Below, piece after piece: positions 58,650-64,000 of a stretch of DNA of 64,000 nt. The notes beneath the pieces were generated by a model. That model worked only from the letters and a program-made list of their open reading frames with translations, made no database searches and had not been told where the DNA came from. The translations under genes and the position numbers were made by a program. Source of the stretch: an uncultured Alphaproteobacteria bacterium (lineage in GTDB: Bacteria; Pseudomonadota; Alphaproteobacteria; HIMB59; GCA-002718135); NCBI GenBank assembly GCA_902525035.1, contig CABZFN010000002.1, positions 57,603 to 121,602 on the forward strand, read 5' to 3'. Positions within the stretch are counted from its first letter, which is position 1; every line of letters begins with the position of its first letter.

Positions 58650-60045
58650 TAATGAATTAGCTATTTCATCTTTTAATAGAGAGAATTGCAAAACTGGTAT
58701 TGTTCATCTTGGTGTAGGCAACTTTCATAGAGCACATCAAGCAAACTATATAAATGAATATCTTAATACATCTAATGATCTTAATTGGGGAATATGTGGA
58801 ATTAATTTAAGAAAAGAAGATAGCAAAATATTTGATAATCTTAAATTAAGAAAAGGAAAATATATTCTTAAAACAATTTCTACATCTGGAGAAGAAGAAT
58901 ACAAAGAAATTAATTCTATAATTGAGTTAATAGACTGGAGTAGAAATAAAGAAGAAGCTGAGAATGCTCTTTCAAATCCAGATGTAAAATTAGTGACAAT
59001 GACTGTTACTGAAAGTGGTTACTATATAAATGAAAAAAATAAATTAAATTTAAATCTACAAATTATTAAAAATAATATTGAGGGAAAAGAAAATAATATC
59101 ATTTATTCATATCTCATGAAAGCTTTAAAAAAACGGATGTTATTTACAAATAAAAAAATCACATTGCTATGTTGTGATAATATTAGGGAAAATGGAATAA
59201 TGTTAAAAGACTGTTTAAAACAATATTTATTAGCATCTAATGAATTTAATCTTTTAGAATGGATAGAAAGTAATGTAAGTTTTCCTTCTTGTGTTGTTGA
59301 TCGAATTACTCCAAGAACACCTGAATTTTTAAAGTCTGAAATAATGGATAAATTTAGTTTAGATGAAAACTGTGGTGTCATGGCTGAGCCATTTATTCAA
59401 TGGATAATAGAGGATGACTTCATTAATGAAAGACCAAGCCTTGAAGATGTTGGTGTCAAGTTTGTGCATGATGTATTACCCTATGAAGAAGCAAAAATTA
59501 GAATTCTTAATGGAGCTCACGTAGCATTAAGTTATTTTGGTGCACTTAAGGGTTACACAACTTATGATGAAGCAATATCTGATAAAAATTTAGAACAATA
59601 TTTCTTTGAAATTCAACAAAAAGAAATAATACCAGCACTTGTACACAAACCCTTTAATTTAGAGGAATATATGTTCACAATTTATGAAAGATTTAAAAAT
59701 AGAAATATTGCTGATAGATTAGAGAGAATTGCAATGGATGGAGTAGGTAAATTTCCAATATTTATACTACCGACCATACATAATTGCTTTGAAAAAAAAA
59801 TAATTCCTGAAAACTGTATTGATGCAATTGCAAGTTGGTATGTTTTTATGTTGAAAATAAAAGATAAAAAATTAAATTTTGAATATTATGAACCGAGTTG
59901 GGAATGGATCAAATATTATTTAGAAAAAGATAAAGTTGTTAAATTTGCAAATTGTGTAGAGCTTTGGGGTGACACACCAAAACATTTTCCTTTATTTTCT
60001 GAAATTTTAGAAGAAAAAATTAATTTTTTAAAAAATATTTACTAA
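58642..60045 (+). CDS. Mannitol dehydrogenase family protein (D-arabinitol 4-dehydrogenase-like)
   Basis: HLGVGNFHRAHQA, TVTESGY, CCDN...NG, VDRITP, QWIIED, KIRILNG.H; start ATG 58642. Confidence 0.9.
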   Translation: MNNNELAISSFNRENCKTGIVHLGVGNFHRAHQANYINEYLNTSNDLNWGICGINLRKEDSKIFDNLKLRKGKYILKTISTSGEEEYKEINSIIELIDWSRNKEEAENALSNPDVKLVTMTVTESGYYINEKNKLNLNLQIIKNNIEGKENNIIYSYLMKALKKRMLFTNKKITLLCCDNIRENGIMLKDCLKQYLLASNEFNLLEWIESNVSFPSCVVDRITPRTPEFLKSEIMDKFSLDENCGVMAEPFIQWIIEDDFINERPSLEDVGVKFVHDVLPYEEAKIRILNGAHVALSYFGALKGYTTYDEAISDKNLEQYFFEIQQKEIIPALVHKPFNLEEYMFTIYERFKNRNIADRLERIAMDGVGKFPIFILPTIHNCFEKKIIPENCIDAIASWYVFMLKIKDKKLNFEYYEPSWEWIKYYLEKDKVVKFANCVELWGDTPKHFPLFSEILEEKINFLKNIY

Positions 60046-61526
60046 AAACTTAGATTGTGAGCAATCTTATTATTACTGTTATATAAATCTTTCCAAATTG
60101 AATACCTTTGTAATAAAAGATCAATGTTATCTTGATTAGGCTCATAAGTTTTACTTATTTTTATTTCACTAATAATATTTTCTTTATTATCAATATTAGA
60201 ATCCTGATACATAGCTAATCTTGCAACACCAAGTGCAGCACCAAATTCACTTTGATCACAAACACTTAACTGTCTATTTAAAAGTGCTGCAAGCAATTCA
60301 ATCCAAAATGAACTTTTTGAACCTCCTCCAACCATAAAGATTTTATCAAAGTTATTATTAACTTTCAAAATAGAATTTACTCCATCTAATATTCCAAAAC
60401 TGACACCTTCAATTACTGCATACTGTAAATCTGTTGCATTTGTAGTTGTTTTTATAGAATGTAACGAACCTCTAATATGTGGATCATTATGTGGGGTTCT
60501 TTCTCCAGACAAATAAGGTAAAAAATATGAAGAATTTTTTATTGAATTTTTATCATTATAAAAGTGCTCTACATTATTAAGTGTATCAGTAATTGAAGTA
60601 TTGGTAATACCACAAATCCAATCTAAACAATTACTTGCACTTAACATAACAGACATTAGGTGCCATTTATTTGGTAAACAATGACAAAAAGAATGTACAG
60701 CATCACCAGTATTACTCAAAAAATTTTCAGTAGGAGTAAAAAAAACTCCTGAAGTTCCAAGAGATATAAATGATTGATTTTTATTAGTTATACCCATACC
60801 GGTTGCTGCGGCAGCATTATCCCCTGCTCCACCCACAACTTTAACATTATAGTTAAAATTAAATTTCTCTTTTAAATCTTTTTTTAAAAATCCTGTCTGT
60901 TCATTTCCTTCCACTAAATCTGGCATATGTTTTTCTTCTAAAAATGAGCAAGATAAAAGTTGATTAGACCATCTTCTTTTTTGAATATCTAGCCATAATG
61001 TTCCAGATGCATCTGACATTTCAGAAAAAAATTCACCAGTAAGAACAAATCGTAAATAATCTTTAGGAAGTAAAACTTTAAAAATTTTTTTAAAATTATC
61101 TATTTCATTATTTTTTATCCAATTAATTTTTGGTGCAGTAAATCCGGGCATGGTAATATTTCCTGAAATTGATCGTACATCAAAATTTTGTTTTTCAAAT
61201 TCTTCACACTCTTGATATGATCTTGTGTCATTCCAAAGAATACATGGTCTAATAACTTTTCCATCCTTGTCTATTAACGTAGCTCCATGCATATGACCGG
61301 ATATTCCTATTGAAATAGTTTGTGAAAATTCTTTAGGTTTTTTTGACTTTAAAGTCTCCAAGCATTCCATTGTTGAATCGATCCATTCTTGTGGATTTTG
61401 TTCGCTAAAACCATCTTTAGGGGATTGTACAGTAAGACTTGAATTAGCGGATGCAAGGATGCTTTGATTTTGATCAATTAAAATCATTTTGATTGATGAA
61501 GTTCCAAGATCAATTCCAATAAACAT
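60042..61526 (-). CDS. xylB: Xylulokinase
   Basis: GIDLGTSS.K, SGHMHG, LWND.R, GFTAPK, LPKDY, GAGDNAA, PYLSGERTP. Confidence 0.94.
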   Translation of the reverse strand: MFIGIDLGTSSIKMILIDQNQSILASANSSLTVQSPKDGFSEQNPQEWIDSTMECLETLKSKKPKEFSQTISIGISGHMHGATLIDKDGKVIRPCILWNDTRSYQECEEFEKQNFDVRSISGNITMPGFTAPKINWIKNNEIDNFKKIFKVLLPKDYLRFVLTGEFFSEMSDASGTLWLDIQKRRWSNQLLSCSFLEEKHMPDLVEGNEQTGFLKKDLKEKFNFNYNVKVVGGAGDNAAAATGMGITNKNQSFISLGTSGVFFTPTENFLSNTGDAVHSFCHCLPNKWHLMSVMLSASNCLDWICGITNTSITDTLNNVEHFYNDKNSIKNSSYFLPYLSGERTPHNDPHIRGSLHSIKTTTNATDLQYAVIEGVSFGILDGVNSILKVNNNFDKIFMVGGGSKSSFWIELLAALLNRQLSVCDQSEFGAALGVARLAMYQDSNIDNKENIISEIKISKTYEPNQDNIDLLLQRYSIWKDLYNSNNKIAHNLSF

Positions 61527-61575
61527 AGAGTAAATTTATAACATTAATTTTTTAATTGATACAAAGAAATTAAAA

Positions 61576-62436
61576 CTACTTGTAAGAATATCTAAATATA
61601 AATATTCCAGATGAAACAATAATAATTGCTCCTATAATTGTAAATATATCTGGGACTTCTCCATATACTAATAAACCAAAAATTATTCCCCAAACAATTA
61701 TAGTATAATTATAAGGTGCTAAAATACTTGCTGGTGTAATACTCAATGCCTTTATTTGTAAAAATAACCCAGTACAAAAAAAGATACCCAAAAAAATAAA
61801 AAAAATAAAAGAAAATGAATGTAGAGGTTGCCAGAAAAAAAGTGATAGTACAAATGTAATGATGGCACCTATAAGACCATTGTAGAATAACATAGTTTCA
61901 TTATCATCATACCTAGCATTTAATCTTGTTGCTATTTGAAATAGAGAATAGAAAAAAGCAGCGCATAATGGAATAATTAGATATGGATTAAATATAGTTA
62001 ATCCAGGTCGCATTATTAGAATAACTCCACAAAAACTTACACAAATTGCTAACCAAGTGGCTCTATTTATTTTTTCTTTTAAAATAAAATAAGAAAAAAC
62101 TAAAACTAGAACAGGGGCTAAAGATCCTATTGTGTGAGCATCTGCCAAAGCTAAGTGCCTAAAAGACAATACAAAAAAACAAGATTCACATACAGATAAA
62201 ATACATCTAGTTATTTGTATCTTGTAATTATTTGAAAGATAAAATTTTTTAACTTTGTTTTTTTTAGCAATAAAAAAAGAGAGTATAAAACAAAAAGTAA
62301 ACTTTACGAACAACAATACAAAAACAGAGTGATATTGAACTGCTGTTTTTTGAATTGTATCTAAAATACCAAAAGATAAATAAGTTAAAAGAGTTAAAAT
62401 TATTCCATAGGTATAGGGATTTGATTTCATGTTCAT
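61576..62436 (-). CDS. DMT/EamA family transporter
   Basis: ~10 TM segments; L.LA.A, LKEK, RPG, APY.Y..I.W, GE.P. Confidence 0.88.
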   Translation of the reverse strand: MNMKSNPYTYGIILTLLTYLSFGILDTIQKTAVQYHSVFVLLFVKFTFCFILSFFIAKKNKVKKFYLSNNYKIQITRCILSVCESCFFVLSFRHLALADAHTIGSLAPVLVLVFSYFILKEKINRATWLAICVSFCGVILIMRPGLTIFNPYLIIPLCAAFFYSLFQIATRLNARYDDNETMLFYNGLIGAIITFVLSLFFWQPLHSFSFIFFIFLGIFFCTGLFLQIKALSITPASILAPYNYTIIVWGIIFGLLVYGEVPDIFTIIGAIIIVSSGIFIFRYSYK

Positions 62437-63626
62437 TAAAGATTTTTAAAGATATTATTGTAAAAATCTTTTTTAATATTCTTATCTGCATCTAAAATTT
62501 GCATCATTAAAACAGCTGACAAATTATTTTTTGGATCTGCCAAAAAATAAGTAGCGGCATAGCCTGACCATCCAAATTCTCCAACTGGACCAAACTTATT
62601 TCGAGAGGTATTATTCATTAACACTCTAAATCCTAAACCCCAACCATATCCATCTAGATCATTTTGATAATCTTCATCTTTATTTGTATTAATTGATGTG
62701 ATTTCAATTGGAAATAACTCTTTGTTTAAAGAATTATTTCGCATTAATTCTAAACTTTGAGAATTAATGAGCTCTTTTCCATTTTTATTTTTGCCATCAA
62801 TAAGCATTGTAGCAAATTTTTCATAATCTTCAGCTGTAGAAAATAAACCATGTCCTCCTCTGGAATAATTTTTATTATTTGTTGGGTACCCGTATAATAT
62901 TAACTTTCTTTTATCGTAATTTAAATTTGTTAGTTTAAATTTATCTCTGTTATATTCAAATGTTTCAACTAACTGACTATTACTGTTTTCATCAATATAA
63001 AAATTTGTATTATTCATTTTTAAAGGTAAAAAAATATTTTCGTTTAAAACGTCAAAAATTTTATCTTTTGTTACAACTTCTATAATTCTGGCTAAAACAT
63101 CAATAGATATAGAATAATGCCATTTTGAACCAGGTTCATATAATAGAGGTAATTCAGAAATTTTACTTATCTCTTCCTCCAAACTTGAAGATGCAGAATG
63201 AAATAAACTTCTATCCTCATATTCTTGAGCTAAAAAATTATCACAACTGTTATATGTAAAGCCTGCTGTATGTTGTAAAAGTTGTCTAACAGTAGGTTTA
63301 TTTTCTAGAGAAGTTGTATTTTTTAAGTTACTCTTAATACTACTAAGTTTTTTTAAATTTTTAAAATCAGATACATATTTATCTATAGTATCATCAAGAG
63401 ATAAGAAATTTTTTTCAATTAATTGCATTGCTGCAAAACCAATAATTGGCTTTGTCATTGACCAAATTCTGTAATATGAATTTTTATTGAGCTTATTTTT
63501 TAATTCCGAATCTTTGTAACCAATTACTTCATGATAAATATTATTTTTATAATTTATTATCCATTCAGCTCCATTACATCTTCCTGCATCAATATGTTTT
63601 TGAAAATCTAATTTAATATTATCCAT
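62436..63626 (-). CDS. Serine hydrolase (beta-lactamase/esterase family)
   Basis: RIWSMTKP (SxxK), LLQHTAG, PG..W.YS, GG.GL.ST, FGWSG. Confidence 0.9.
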   Translation of the reverse strand: MDNIKLDFQKHIDAGRCNGAEWIINYKNNIYHEVIGYKDSELKNKLNKNSYYRIWSMTKPIIGFAAMQLIEKNFLSLDDTIDKYVSDFKNLKKLSSIKSNLKNTTSLENKPTVRQLLQHTAGFTYNSCDNFLAQEYEDRSLFHSASSSLEEEISKISELPLLYEPGSKWHYSISIDVLARIIEVVTKDKIFDVLNENIFLPLKMNNTNFYIDENSNSQLVETFEYNRDKFKLTNLNYDKRKLILYGYPTNNKNYSRGGHGLFSTAEDYEKFATMLIDGKNKNGKELINSQSLELMRNNSLNKELFPIEITSINTNKDEDYQNDLDGYGWGLGFRVLMNNTSRNKFGPVGEFGWSGYAATYFLADPKNNLSAVLMMQILDADKNIKKDFYNNIFKNL

Positions 63627-63633
63627 AAATGGA

Positions 63634-64000
63634 TTAGATTAGACTCTTTATCTTTTCTATTAGCTCTGAATTAATTTGTCTTGGGCCTATATCTTGCCTA
63701 TTAGTATGTCTTCGTTGTCCAGGTAATCGCACACCGTCTAAAGATGTCATTTGTTCAAAAAATTTCTCTGCATGTTCATTCCAATTTTTTCCTGCAATAA
63801 GCTCTGGAGATAAGGCCATAATAAATTCACCACCTCTTGCAGGACCTCCATCATTATTGTCTTCTTCTTTAGCTTCAAAACTAAATAAATCTCCTACTAG
63901 ACCTGCAGCTAATAACTCAATCATCATTGCTATTGCAGAACCTTTGTAGTCGCCAAATGTTAAAAGAACTCCTCCATTTTCAATTTCAGATGGATTATCA
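63634..64000 (-). CDS. Ldh_2 (malate/L-lactate/sulfolactate dehydrogenase-like) oxidoreductase, C-terminal part
   Basis: Frame stays open to the window edge: LLTFGDYKGSAIAMMIELLA...VRLPG. Confidence 0.85.
   Translation of the reverse strand, partial: DNPSEIENGGVLLTFGDYKGSAIAMMIELLAAGLVGDLFSFEAKEEDNNDGGPARGGEFIMALSPELIAGKNWNEHAEKFFEQMTSLDGVRLPGQRRHTNRQDIGPRQINSELIEKIKSLI

Overview
Very AT-rich, densely packed chromosomal segment from a streamlined marine alphaproteobacterium. It looks Pelagibacterales/SAR11-like or from a related lineage, which is an inference from ccrM, the F0 atp operon with b/b', mutY-dciA-dsbA-smc synteny and minimal intergenic spacers. Most of the window is housekeeping: argD-argF, groES-groEL with a CIRCE element, a four-gene ligase/Lhr DNA-repair module, ispE, udg, slt, moaB, rnhB, ccrM, a ten-gene purine cluster, mutY, a short smc, atpIBEF'F, ispH-thrB-rnhA and a polyol/xylulose catabolic cluster. 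Four items stand out. (1) Two integrase-less mini-cassettes are stacked at the 3' end of tRNA-Gln(TTG). Each is bounded by a degenerate 45-46 bp tRNA 3'-half ending at the anticodon loop and carries 11-bp-periodic arm-like repeats in matching positions. (2) A candidate ~60-nt anti-Shine-Dalgarno sRNA with an upstream LysR-type box lies between rnhB and ccrM. (3) A passenger-less inverse-autotransporter barrel is translationally coupled to a secreted beta-rich protein. (4) A Cys-rich secreted protein/CRTAC1/DUF4396 operon and a PAICS(Ade5)-type purC occur in an apparently mosaic purine cluster. All family calls come from motif recognition, without database searches.
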